Below are positions 1-11,148 of a stretch of 64,000 nucleotides of DNA, piece by piece; the first letter of the stretch is position 1, and each line of letters starts with the position of its first letter. Under the pieces are notes generated by a model that saw only the letters and a program-made list of their open reading frames with translations, had not been told where the DNA came from and made no database searches. The stretch is from Gemmatimonadaceae bacterium. GTDB taxonomy: Bacteria; Gemmatimonadota; Gemmatimonadetes; Gemmatimonadales; Gemmatimonadaceae. Where the stretch lies: contig JBBDYA010000121.1 in assembly GCA_040902005.1 (NCBI GenBank), positions 1 through 64,000 of the forward strand. Reading direction: 5' to 3'. A program made the position numbers and the translations under genes.

Positions 1-1680
<1,680 letters not shown>

Positions 1681-1743
1681 GGAGAGAGAAGTTAGCCGCC
1701 CGCGCAATGGCGTGTGCCCGCCGGATCACGCAGCTTCCGGGCG

Positions 1744-2403
1744 ATGAAACCGCTGATCATCGGCATCGCTGGGGGCACCGGCTCGGGCAAATCCACGTTC
1801 GCGCGCAAGGTCGCGGCGGCACTCGAAGCATCCTCGGTGGCCTTCATCGACATGGATGCCTACTACAACGACTACGCGCATCTGCCGCTGGACGAGCGTC
1901 GACGGATCAACTGGGACCATCCCAACGCGTTCGACTGGCCGCTGCTGCTCGCCCATCTCGCGGCCCTCACCCACGGATCGGCGATCGAGAAACCGCAGTA
2001 CGACTTCGTCCATCATTGCCGCCTTCCCGCCACGATTCCGCTGCGCGCAACGGACGTCATCGTGATCGACGGCATCCTGCTGCTGGCCGAAGCCGGCGTG
2101 CGCGACCGGTGCGACATCAAGGTGTTCGTGGATGCCGACGCCGACATTCGCCTGATCCGTCGCCTGCGACGGGACATCGTGGAGCGCGGACGGCCCTTGG
2201 AGGAGATTCTCGACCAGTACCTGACCACCGTGCAGCCGATGCACCTGGAGTTCGTGGAGCCCAGCAAACGGTACGCGGACGTGATCGTTCCCCGCGGCGG
2301 CCACAACGAAGTCGCGCTGGAAATGATCGTGGCAAAAATCCGCCATCGCTCCCCCGGCGCCGTCTCCCCCGGGCCGGTTCAGCCGGGCACGGCCAGGGCG
2401 TAA
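1744..2403 (+). CDS. udk: uridine kinase
   Basis: IIGIAGGTGSGKST P-loop, NWDHPNAFD, FVEPSKRYADVIVP. Confidence 0.95.
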   Translation: MKPLIIGIAGGTGSGKSTFARKVAAALEASSVAFIDMDAYYNDYAHLPLDERRRINWDHPNAFDWPLLLAHLAALTHGSAIEKPQYDFVHHCRLPATIPLRATDVIVIDGILLLAEAGVRDRCDIKVFVDADADIRLIRRLRRDIVERGRPLEEILDQYLTTVQPMHLEFVEPSKRYADVIVPRGGHNEVALEMIVAKIRHRSPGAVSPGPVQPGTARA

Positions 2404-3152
2404 CGCTGGTCGTGAATACGCCTGCGCTCCTCCACCAGCGCCGGGTCTTCGAACAGCTTCACCAGCACCACGCCCGCCACGAAGCCCCCGATGTGCGCCC
2501 AGAAGGCCACACCGCCTGAAATCTCCGAGCGCGAGAGCTGCGGCAGGCCCGAGATCACCTGGAATCCAAGCCACCAGAGCAGTGCGATCCATGCGGGCAC
2601 CTGGATCACGCGCACGAAGATGAGGAAGTAGAACAGGAGCTTCACGCGGGCTCGCGGATAGAGCACGAGGTACGCTCCCAACACCGCCGAAATCGCGCCC
2701 GACGCCCCCACCGTGGGAATGGGTGAGGTCGGGGCCGCCGCCACATGGGCTGCCGCCGCCAGCGCTCCGCACAGGAGATAAAAGAGCAGGAATCGCAGCG
2801 GACCCATGCTGTCCTCGATGTTGTTGCCGAATACCCACAGAAACAGCGCGTTGCCGATCAGGTGCGTCCAGCTCCCGTGCAGGAACATGGATGTGATCGG
2901 CGTCAGCCAGTTGATCGGCTCGGCATCCACGAGGCACGCGAGCTCCGGACCCATGGGGACCGCAAATCCGACCGGCTGGGTGCGCAGCAGTTCCGCGGGC
3001 ACCATTCCCAGGTTGCAGACGCTTTCGGCCAGCCGGAGTTGATCGAGGCCACCCCCCTGCACGAGGACCCAGACCCCCAACGTCGCGGCGAGGATGAGCA
3101 GTGTCATCCATGGCGTGCGGAGTGTCGGATTGTCGTCGCCAATAGGGATCAT
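2379..3152 (-). CDS. rhomboid family intramembrane serine protease
   Basis: [21 protein letters not shown] catalytic Ser, AHIGG catalytic His, multiple TM segments. Confidence 0.93.
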   Translation of the reverse strand: MIPIGDDNPTLRTPWMTLLILAATLGVWVLVQGGGLDQLRLAESVCNLGMVPAELLRTQPVGFAVPMGPELACLVDAEPINWLTPITSMFLHGSWTHLIGNALFLWVFGNNIEDSMGPLRFLLFYLLCGALAAAAHVAAAPTSPIPTVGASGAISAVLGAYLVLYPRARVKLLFYFLIFVRVIQVPAWIALLWWLGFQVISGLPQLSRSEISGGVAFWAHIGGFVAGVVLVKLFEDPALVEERRRIHDQRYALAVPG

Positions 3153-3243
3153 CGGGGCCCCGGTCTGCCAATCTGGCGCATATGCCCGGTCTCAGACTTG
3201 CCGCACCGGTAGCGGAGTCTCTCACTCACAACTTGAGGAAGCA

Positions 3244-5187
3244 ATGGCCGACAAAGTCATCGGAATCGACCTGGGCACCACCAACTCCGTTGTCGCCGTC
3301 ATGGAGGGGGGGGATCCCGTCGTGATTCCAAACGCCGAGGGCGGACGCACCACGCCGTCCGTGGTGGGATTCACGAAGGACGGGGAGCGCCTGGTCGGCC
3401 AGGTTGCCAAGCGTCAAGCGGTCACCAACCCGCAGAACACGGTCTTCTCCATCAAGCGGTTCATGGGACGCCGTATGAGCGAGGTGCAGGACGAGATCAA
3501 ACGGGTGCCGTACTCTTCGGGCTCGGGCTCGAATGACATGGTCATGGTCGAGGTGCAGGGCAAGCGGTATTCCCCGCCCGAGATCTCGGCGATGATTCTC
3601 CAGAAGATGAAGCAGACCGCCGAGGACTACCTCGGGCAGCAGGTGAACCGCGCGGTCATCACGGTCCCTGCCTACTTCAACGATGCGCAGCGCCAGGCGA
3701 CGAAGGATGCCGGCAAGATCGCGGGACTCGACGTGCTGCGGATCATCAACGAGCCCACAGCGGCGGCGCTGGCGTATGGCCTCGACAAGAAGAAGGACGA
3801 GAAGGTCGCCGTCTTCGACCTCGGCGGCGGCACCTACGACATCTCGGTCCTCGAGTTGTACGAAGTGGAGGGATCACGCCAGTTCGAGGTGAAGTCCACC
3901 AACGGCGACACGCACCTGGGCGGTGACGATTTCGATCAGCGGGTCATCGACTGGATCGTCGCCGAGTTCAAGAAGGACCAGGGGATCGACCTCTCGAAGG
4001 ACCCCATGGCGCTGCAGCGGCTCAAGGAGGCGGGGGAGAAGGCGAAGATGGAGCTGTCCACCACCATGACGACGGACATCAACCTGCCCTTCATCACCGC
4101 GGATGCGAGTGGCCCGAAGCACCTGCACTACACGCTGTCGCGCGCCAAGTTCGAGCAGTTGGTGGATGATCTGATCCAGCGCACGATTCCCCCCATGGAG
4201 CAGGCCCTCAAGGACGCCGGCATGAAGCCGACGGACATTGACGAGGTACTGCTGGTGGGCGGCTCGACCCGGATTCCCAAGATTCAGGACATCGTCAAGA
4301 AGTTCTTCGGGAAGGAGCCGAACAAGGGAGTCAATCCCGACGAAGTCGTGGCGATCGGCGCCGCCGTGCAAGGCGCGGTGCTCACCGGCGAGCAGAAGGA
4401 CGTGCTGCTGCTCGACGTGACGCCCCTGTCGCTTGGCATCGAGACCCTGGGCGGCGTGGCCACCGTGCTGATCCCCCGCAACACAACCATCCCGACGAAG
4501 AAGACGGAAACGTTCTCGACCGCGGATGACAGCCAGACGCAGGTGGAGATCCACGTACTGCAGGGCGAGCGGCCGATGGCGCGGGACAACCGGACCATTG
4601 GCAAGTTCCAGCTGACGGGGATTCCGCCGGCACCTCGCGGCGTTCCGCAGATCGAGGTCGGGTTCGACATCGACGCCAATGGCATCCTGCATGTGTCCGC
4701 GAAGGACAAGGCCACCGGCAAGGAGCAGAAGATCCGCATCGAGGCGTCCAGCGGCCTTTCGGACGGGGACATCGACCGGATGGTCAAGGAAGCGGAGAAG
4801 AACTCCGTGGACGACAAGAAGAAGCGCGAGGAGATCGACGCCCGGAACCGCCTGGATTCCATGACGTACGAGGTGGAGAAGAACGCGAAGGAGTGGTCGG
4901 ACCGACTGCCGGCCGAGCTCAAGACCAAGCTCGACGGTGCCGTCGAGCGCGCCCGGAAGGCGCTGCGGGGGGACGACCTGGCCGAGATCACCGCGGCGCA
5001 GGAGGAGCTGTCCAAGGTGTTCGCGGAAGCCGGACAGTCATTCTACGCCCAGAACCAGCAGGCGGCGGACGCCGGCGCACCCCCGGCCGATGGCGCCGCC
5101 GGAGAAGCCGGCGCTCCTGGCGATGAAGCCAAGCCCGAGGACGTGGTCGAAGCGGACTACGAGATCGTGGACGAGCAGAAGAAATAG
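3244..5187 (+). CDS. dnaK: chaperone DnaK
   Basis: [39 protein letters not shown] upstream of ATG 3244. Confidence 0.99.
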   Translation: MADKVIGIDLGTTNSVVAVMEGGDPVVIPNAEGGRTTPSVVGFTKDGERLVGQVAKRQAVTNPQNTVFSIKRFMGRRMSEVQDEIKRVPYSSGSGSNDMVMVEVQGKRYSPPEISAMILQKMKQTAEDYLGQQVNRAVITVPAYFNDAQRQATKDAGKIAGLDVLRIINEPTAAALAYGLDKKKDEKVAVFDLGGGTYDISVLELYEVEGSRQFEVKSTNGDTHLGGDDFDQRVIDWIVAEFKKDQGIDLSKDPMALQRLKEAGEKAKMELSTTMTTDINLPFITADASGPKHLHYTLSRAKFEQLVDDLIQRTIPPMEQALKDAGMKPTDIDEVLLVGGSTRIPKIQDIVKKFFGKEPNKGVNPDEVVAIGAAVQGAVLTGEQKDVLLLDVTPLSLGIETLGGVATVLIPRNTTIPTKKTETFSTADDSQTQVEIHVLQGERPMARDNRTIGKFQLTGIPPAPRGVPQIEVGFDIDANGILHVSAKDKATGKEQKIRIEASSGLSDGDIDRMVKEAEKNSVDDKKKREEIDARNRLDSMTYEVEKNAKEWSDRLPAELKTKLDGAVERARKALRGDDLAEITAAQEELSKVFAEAGQSFYAQNQQAADAGAPPADGAAGEAGAPGDEAKPEDVVEADYEIVDEQKK

Positions 5188-5379
5188 GGCGATCGGCACC
5201 GGGATTGGAGCGATCGGCGTTGGGAGAGGGAGTAAACGTGGGCGGCCGGTACTGTGTCCAACGTGAGAAGGCCCATACCCCTCGCCCATCGCCCCCCCCC
5301 TTCGCCGCGCGACGATCGCAACACCATTTGCGCCGCGGAGTAGTATTGGAGAGGCCATGAAACGGAGTCGTGTACTGAG

Positions 5380-6912
5380 ATGAACAAACTTGCTCGTGTG
5401 CAGCTTGTCGGCGCCGCCTTGATTGCGTTCGCCTCCGGCCTGGTGTTCGCATCCGGCTTTGACCTCACGAAGATCAGTTGGGCGCAATCCGGCTCACAGC
5501 CGGCCCCCAAGCCGACTTCGGCCGAAGTGAGGCCCCTGGAGGAAACCGGACAGGCGTTCGAGGCGATCGCCGAGCACGTCACGCCGGCGGTTGTCGCGAT
5601 CGAAGCGGAGCAGCTGGAGCCGCGACCGTCAGCGACTCGCCGCGACGTGCGGCCCGACGTGGAGGAATTCCTCCGTCAGTTCCAGCCGGATCAGCAGCCG
5701 CGCAGCGGCTCGGGGTCCGGCTTCATCGTCACGAAGGACGGCTACATCCTCACGAACAATCACGTCATTGCGAACGCCGACCGCGTCACGGTCACGCTGC
5801 TGGACAACCGCCGTTTTCCGGCGCGCATCGTGGGGCGCGATCCCACCACCGACGTCGCGGTGCTGAAGGTGGAGGCTCAGAACCTCCCCACGGTCACGCT
5901 CGGTGACGACAACAGCGCGCGCATCGGCCAGTGGGTCGTGGCCATCGGGAACCCGCTCGGACTGGAGTTCACGGTGACGGCGGGGATCGTGAGCGCGAAG
6001 GGGCGCACGTTGCCGCTCCCGAACCGTCAGGACTACTCGATTCAGGACTTCATCCAGACGGACGCAGCGATCAACCCGGGGAATTCGGGCGGGCCGCTGG
6101 TGAACATCCGCGGCGAGGTCATCGGCATCAACAGCGCCATCGCGAGCCCCACCGGGTTCAACGCCGGGTACGGCTTCGCGATTCCGATCACGCTGGCAAA
6201 GATCGTCATGGACGACCTGGTCCAGTTCGGCCGTGTGCGTCGCGCCGTGCTCGGCGTGAGCATCGGCGAGGTGGAGGCGCCGGACGCGCGGGCCGCGGGG
6301 CTCACGGACATCCGCGGCGTGAAGGTGCAGGGATTCGTGCCGTCCGCCGACGAAAGCCCGGCGCGGCGCGCGGGGGTCGAGGCGGGAGACATCATCATCA
6401 GCGCGGCCGGGCAGCGGGTGAACCGCGGGTCGGAGCTGCAGCGGATCATTCGCGCGTTCAAGCCTGGCGAGGTTGTCGAGGTTGACGTATCGCGCTTTGG
6501 GGAGCGGAAGACATTCCGCATCCGGTTGGGCGAACCGCCGGTGGACGAAAGCGTCGTCGCGGCGATTTCTCGCCCGACAACCGAACCGGCGGTGAGTCGG
6601 CGCAGCTACGAACGCCTGGGCGTCACGGTGCAGGCCCTCCCGGTAGAGCTGGCCCGGTCACGCCAGGTGGACGAGTCGTATCGCCAGGGGCTGCTGGTGA
6701 GCGCCGTATCGAACCGCGGGCCGGCCTTCAACCAGTTGTACGCGAATCGCGACATCATCGTGCGATCGCTTCACCCCTCGCGGCGCGACATCAGGACCGC
6801 CGCGGACCTGGAAGAACTGGTCCGGTCGGTGAAGCGTGGTGACGTGCTCTCGCTGCTGGTGTACGACATGGGGCAGCGGAGCACCAAAGTGGTGAACCTG
6901 CCCATCGACTGA
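5380..6912 (+). CDS. degP: HtrA/DegP/DegQ serine protease with PDZ domains
   Basis: GSGSGFIV, TNNHV, DAAINPGNSGG, N-terminal signal/TM, two C-terminal PDZ-like regions. Confidence 0.93.
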   Translation: MNKLARVQLVGAALIAFASGLVFASGFDLTKISWAQSGSQPAPKPTSAEVRPLEETGQAFEAIAEHVTPAVVAIEAEQLEPRPSATRRDVRPDVEEFLRQFQPDQQPRSGSGSGFIVTKDGYILTNNHVIANADRVTVTLLDNRRFPARIVGRDPTTDVAVLKVEAQNLPTVTLGDDNSARIGQWVVAIGNPLGLEFTVTAGIVSAKGRTLPLPNRQDYSIQDFIQTDAAINPGNSGGPLVNIRGEVIGINSAIASPTGFNAGYGFAIPITLAKIVMDDLVQFGRVRRAVLGVSIGEVEAPDARAAGLTDIRGVKVQGFVPSADESPARRAGVEAGDIIISAAGQRVNRGSELQRIIRAFKPGEVVEVDVSRFGERKTFRIRLGEPPVDESVVAAISRPTTEPAVSRRSYERLGVTVQALPVELARSRQVDESYRQGLLVSAVSNRGPAFNQLYANRDIIVRSLHPSRRDIRTAADLEELVRSVKRGDVLSLLVYDMGQRSTKVVNLPID

Positions 6913-6933
6913 GTGGACCACGGTTTCCATCTG

Positions 6934-6970
6934 CCGGGGCCGCAAGAGTACTTGCGGCCCCGGTTTGGTT
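6934..6970 (+). terminator. intrinsic terminator after degP
   Basis: Perfect 13-bp stem CCGGGGCCGCAAG-agta-CTTGCGGCCCCGG followed by TTTGGTT. Confidence 0.75.
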
Positions 6971-7033
6971 CTCGGCGATGCTTCGACGCGTCAGGCGGCG
7001 TGGCTGACGAGAGTTTCGTAGATTTCGCTCATC

Positions 7034-7116
7034 GCGGGAGTGGCGGAATTTGGCAGACGCGCTGGACTTAGGATCCAGTGCCGCAAGGCGTCCGGGTTCG
7101 AGTCCCGGCTCTCGCA
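7034..7116 (+). tRNA. tRNA-Leu(TAG); CCA not encoded
   Basis: Acceptor GCGGGAG/CTCTCGC, D-arm TGGCGGAATTTGGCAGACGC, anticodon arm CTGGA-CTTAGGA-TCCAG, long variable arm, T-loop GTTCGAGTC. Confidence 0.96.
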
Positions 7117-7195
7117 TGCAGTCCCCGCCGGACGAAACGTAGAAGCGGCGGAGCGCGTCGCGCCCCGCCGCTCCCGTCCTGCTCAGGACCGTCGG

Positions 7196-7705
7196 CTACT
7201 GGCCGCTGCCACCAAACAGTAACCCGAATGAAACAGCGAACTGCTCTCCACCGCCCAGGGACAGGCGGGCTTCACTGAATGCGGAGAGACCGCCGAGCGG
7301 GAACTTGAGACCGCCAAGGAGGTTGATTCCGATTTCCGTGTTCGACTGGTTTCCAAAAGTGCCAAGGTCCACCGAAATGCGTGCGATGTTGAGTCCGGCG
7401 CCCAGATAGGCGTTCAGCGTGCCCGCGGGGACCGGCACGGCCAGACTTGGATTGAACTCCATCCAGGTGCAATCCGCACCGCCGCAGTCCGGAAAGTACA
7501 CATCGAGCTGCGTGATGATGAATGCGTTGGAAAGGGGACCCTGCTGCGAAAGGGTGTTGGTGAGATCGAACTCGGCGCGCGCTCCGACGCCGATGTCAGA
7601 ATCACTCCCCCAGCTTACCTGCCCGCCAAACCGCTGCGCCTGGGCGTTCCCCGCGGCGAAGGTGCAGAGTGCCAGGACCGAAAGCCATGCACTGAGTTTC
7701 TTCAT
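7196..7705 (-). CDS. small outer-membrane beta-barrel protein
   Basis: Signal peptide MKKLSAW...AQA, alternating hydrophobic strands (YLGAGLN, GLKF, VSFGLLF). Confidence 0.75.
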   Translation of the reverse strand: MKKLSAWLSVLALCTFAAGNAQAQRFGGQVSWGSDSDIGVGARAEFDLTNTLSQQGPLSNAFIITQLDVYFPDCGGADCTWMEFNPSLAVPVPAGTLNAYLGAGLNIARISVDLGTFGNQSNTEIGINLLGGLKFPLGGLSAFSEARLSLGGGEQFAVSFGLLFGGSGQ

Positions 7706-7829
7706 CCGTGCTCCAGAAAGGGTGGAAACCGGGAAGGTCATCCCGTTGAATGCGCCATTAGATGATGCCGGGGCGGCGTCCCGTCAAGGTGGTCCGAGCC
7801 CTTTGGCGGGTCGCTAGGTTACAGCCACA

Positions 7830-9068
7830 ATGCAGATCGAGATCAGGACCAAGAAGAGCGAGGGGGTCGAGCGGCTCCTGGAGGTCTCGGTCGCCGCGGA
7901 ATCCGTCGCGGAAGCCGAGGAGAAGACGGCACGCGGGTATGCCGGAAAGGCGCGACTGCCGGGCTTCCGCCCCGGCAAGGCGCCCGCCGCGCTCGTGCGC
8001 AAGAAGTTCAAGGATGCGATCCGCCAGCAGACGCTCGAGTCGCTGCTGCAGGAAGCGTATCAGGAAGTCGTGTCGCGCGAAAAACTGAACGTCGCCGCCA
8101 CCCCGCACTTGCACGACGTTCGGTACAACGAAGGGAAGACGCTGGTATTCGACCTGCACGTCGAGGTGCGTCCGGAGATCACGCTCGCCCGCACCGAGGG
8201 TTTCCGGGTCACGCGGCCCTCCCCCACCGTCACCGATGACGCCGTCCGCGAGCAGATCGAGCAGTTGCGCGACCAGCGTGCCACCTGGGCCCCCGTCACC
8301 GGGAAGCCCGCGCCGGGCGACATGGTGACCGTCCTGCTGGCCACGGCCGACGACGACGGCACCCTGCCCCAGGGCAAGGAGTACCGGCTGTTGCTGGGCG
8401 GGGGCCAGGCGATTCCGGGCATCGAGGAATTGATCATGCGGATTGCCCCCGGCGAAACGGCCGAGGACAACGTCCGCTGGCCGGATGACTTTCCCGACGA
8501 AGCGCAGCGGGGCAAGACCAAGCCGGTGCGCGTGGAACTCCAGGATGTGAAGCGGAAGGTGCTGCCCGAGCTGGACGATGCGTTGGCGCGCGAAGTGGGC
8601 GACTTCGAGTCACTCGACGCGCTGAAAACCGCGGTGCAAGGTGACTTGGAGTCGCATGCCGTGCGTGAATCCGACGCCGCGGTGCGGCAGCAGATCGTCG
8701 ACCAGATCGTGCAGGCGAACGCGTTCGACGTGCCGCCGAGCTGGGTCACGCAGCTCGTGGACGGGTACATGAAGGCCTATCAGGTCCCCGAAGACGAGCG
8801 GGAGCGCTTCACGGCGGAGTTCGGTCCCGTGGCGGACCGCCAGGTGCGACGCGATCTGATCATCGACACGCTCGCGGAGCGCGAGCAGCTGAAGGCAACC
8901 GCGGCCGAGGTGGACGACCGCGTGTCCGAGGTCGCACAGAAGCGCAACGCGGAGCCGGGGCAGGTCTACGCGTCGCTCCAGAAGGCCGGGCGCCTGCAGG
9001 AAATCGAACGGGCGGTCACCGAGGACAAGGTATTCAAGTGGTTACTCGAACGGAACACGGTTGAATAG
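7830..9068 (+). CDS. tig: trigger factor
   Basis: [10 protein letters not shown] ribosome-binding motif, FKBP-like middle domain, position before clpP. Confidence 0.97.
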   Translation: MQIEIRTKKSEGVERLLEVSVAAESVAEAEEKTARGYAGKARLPGFRPGKAPAALVRKKFKDAIRQQTLESLLQEAYQEVVSREKLNVAATPHLHDVRYNEGKTLVFDLHVEVRPEITLARTEGFRVTRPSPTVTDDAVREQIEQLRDQRATWAPVTGKPAPGDMVTVLLATADDDGTLPQGKEYRLLLGGGQAIPGIEELIMRIAPGETAEDNVRWPDDFPDEAQRGKTKPVRVELQDVKRKVLPELDDALAREVGDFESLDALKTAVQGDLESHAVRESDAAVRQQIVDQIVQANAFDVPPSWVTQLVDGYMKAYQVPEDERERFTAEFGPVADRQVRRDLIIDTLAEREQLKATAAEVDDRVSEVAQKRNAEPGQVYASLQKAGRLQEIERAVTEDKVFKWLLERNTVE

Positions 9069-9078
9069 GTTGAACATC

Positions 9079-9717
9079 ATGGCGACCATCTATCCTCCCT
9101 ATGTCATCGAACGGTCGAGCCGCGGCGAGCGCAGCTACGACATTTTTTCGCGGCTGCTCATGGACCGCATCATCTTCCTCGGCACGCCCGTCAACGACGA
9201 TGTCGCGAACATCATCATTGCCCAGCTGCTGTTCCTGACGGCGGACAACCCCGAGCGCGACATCTATGTCTACATCAACTCCCCAGGCGGGAGCGTGTCG
9301 GCCGGACTCGCCATCTACGACACGATGCAGTACCTCAAGTCCCCCGTGAACACGATCTGCATGGGGCTGGCAGCGAGCATGGGAGCGTTCCTGCTGTCCG
9401 CCGGACGCAAGGGGAAGCGGTTCGCGCTCCCGCACTCGCGCATCATGATCCACCAGCCGTCGCAGAGCGGCGGGGGCGGCAGCGCGTCCGAGATCGAGAT
9501 CCAGGCCCGCGAGATCCTCTACCTGCGCGCGAAGCTCAACGAGCTGATGGCCAAGCACACGAACCAGCCGATCGAGCGCATCGAGAAGGACACGGATCGC
9601 GACCGGTTCATGTCTGCCGAGGAGGCCAAGGACTACGGGATCATCGATACGGTCATCAGCAGCCAGAACGAGATCGTCAGCGAGCAGATCATCAAATCGC
9701 AGGCCGAGAACAGATGA
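9079..9717 (+). CDS. clpP: ATP-dependent Clp protease proteolytic subunit
   Basis: [28 protein letters not shown]. Confidence 0.98.
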   Translation: MATIYPPYVIERSSRGERSYDIFSRLLMDRIIFLGTPVNDDVANIIIAQLLFLTADNPERDIYVYINSPGGSVSAGLAIYDTMQYLKSPVNTICMGLAASMGAFLLSAGRKGKRFALPHSRIMIHQPSQSGGGGSASEIEIQAREILYLRAKLNELMAKHTNQPIERIEKDTDRDRFMSAEEAKDYGIIDTVISSQNEIVSEQIIKSQAENR

Positions 9718-9905
9718 CGGGGGGGAGGCCCCGGCCATGGCCTCCCGCCTGACCTTCCCGGCCTCCAATCGTCCTGCTCTTGTTGCTTGACCACCCGCGC
9801 GAACGGGCCTTTATTGCATTAAGCCTCTCGCGGGCGTGGGCATCTGCCCGGCACCACCGGGCACACCGCGTCGCCGCGTGGCGGCGTCATCTGTAGACCC
9901 CTGCC

Positions 9906-11147
9906 ATGTCCCACGACAAACACCTTCGCTGTTCGTTCTGCGGAAAGTCGAAGGACTCGGTCCGGAAATTCATCTCCGGCCCGTCCGTCTACATCTGCAA
10001 CGAATGCATCGCGCTCTGCAATGAGATCCTCGCGGAGGACGAAGAGCGCGAGGTCGCCGAAGCGATCACGCAGGTTCCGACGCCACCTGAAATCAAGGAT
10101 GTGCTGGACCAGTACGTGATCGGGCAGGAGAAGGCGAAGAAAGCGTTGGCGGTGGCAGTCTACAATCATTACAAGCGCATCAATTCGGCGTCGGTGCAGG
10201 ACGAGGTGGAGCTGGACAAGTCCAACATCATGCTCCTCGGTCCCACGGGGGTCGGCAAGACGCTCCTGGCCCAGACGCTCGCGAGAATCCTGGACGTCCC
10301 CTTCACCATCGCGGACGCCACCACGCTGACGGAAGCGGGCTACGTGGGCGAAGACGTCGAGAACATCCTGGTGCGGCTGCTCCAGGCCGGCGACTTCAAC
10401 GTCGCCGAGTGTGAGCGCGGCATCGTCTACATCGACGAAATCGACAAGATCGCGCGCAAGTCGGAGAATCCGAGCATCACGCGAGACGTGTCTGGTGAGG
10501 GCGTCCAGCAGGCGCTCCTGAAGATCCTGGAAGGCACAGTGGCCTCCGTGCCCCCCCAGGGAGGACGCAAGCACCCGCAGCAGGAGTACATCCAGATCAA
10601 CACGAAGGACATCCTGTTCATCTGCGGCGGCGCGTTCGACGGACTGGAGAAGATCGTCGAAGCGCGCACCGGCCGGCGACAGATCGGCTTTGCCGATCTC
10701 GCGGACAAGAGCGGCGAGCACAAGAAGAATCCGTTCGCCGAGGTGGAACCTGACGATCTGCTGCGCTACGGGTTGATCCCGGAGCTGGTGGGACGACTGC
10801 CGGTGGTTGTGGCCCTCGAGGCCCTGGACGAAACGGCGCTCGTGCGCATCCTGAAGGAGCCCAAGAACGCGCTGACCAAGCAATACAAGAAGCTCTTCGA
10901 GCTCGAGGAGGTGGAACTCACCTTCGACGAACCGGCGCTCCGCGCGGTGGCCCAGAAGGCGCTTCGGCGAGGTACGGGCGCCCGTGGATTGCGCGCGATA
11001 CTCGAAGAGATCCTCACGGACGTCATGTTCGACCTGCCGACGCGTGAAGACGTGGTCGAGGTGCGTGTGACGGAGCCGTCGGTGAACAACCCCGGCACGC
11101 CGCCGCTGCTCGAGATCTCGCCCCAGCGCAAGAAGAAAGAGGCGTAG
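9906..11147 (+). CDS. clpX: Clp protease ATP-binding subunit ClpX
   Basis: CSFC...ICNEC zinc finger, [16 protein letters not shown] loop. Confidence 0.99.
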   Translation: MSHDKHLRCSFCGKSKDSVRKFISGPSVYICNECIALCNEILAEDEEREVAEAITQVPTPPEIKDVLDQYVIGQEKAKKALAVAVYNHYKRINSASVQDEVELDKSNIMLLGPTGVGKTLLAQTLARILDVPFTIADATTLTEAGYVGEDVENILVRLLQAGDFNVAECERGIVYIDEIDKIARKSENPSITRDVSGEGVQQALLKILEGTVASVPPQGGRKHPQQEYIQINTKDILFICGGAFDGLEKIVEARTGRRQIGFADLADKSGEHKKNPFAEVEPDDLLRYGLIPELVGRLPVVVALEALDETALVRILKEPKNALTKQYKKLFELEEVELTFDEPALRAVAQKALRRGTGARGLRAILEEILTDVMFDLPTREDVVEVRVTEPSVNNPGTPPLLEISPQRKKKEA

Positions 11148-11148
11148 G

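Noticed and set aside
3153..3243. CIRCE operator or RNA thermometer before dnaK
   Set aside because: No TTAGCACTC-N9-GAGTGCTAA; the small hairpin present does not clearly cover the SD.
7034..7830. Integrative element at tRNA-Leu
   Set aside because: No integrase and no duplicated tRNA 3' end seen in the window.
9723..9746. Hairpin GGGAGGCC-N8-GGCCTCCC after clpP as a terminator
   Set aside because: No U tract, and such hairpins are common in GC-rich DNA.
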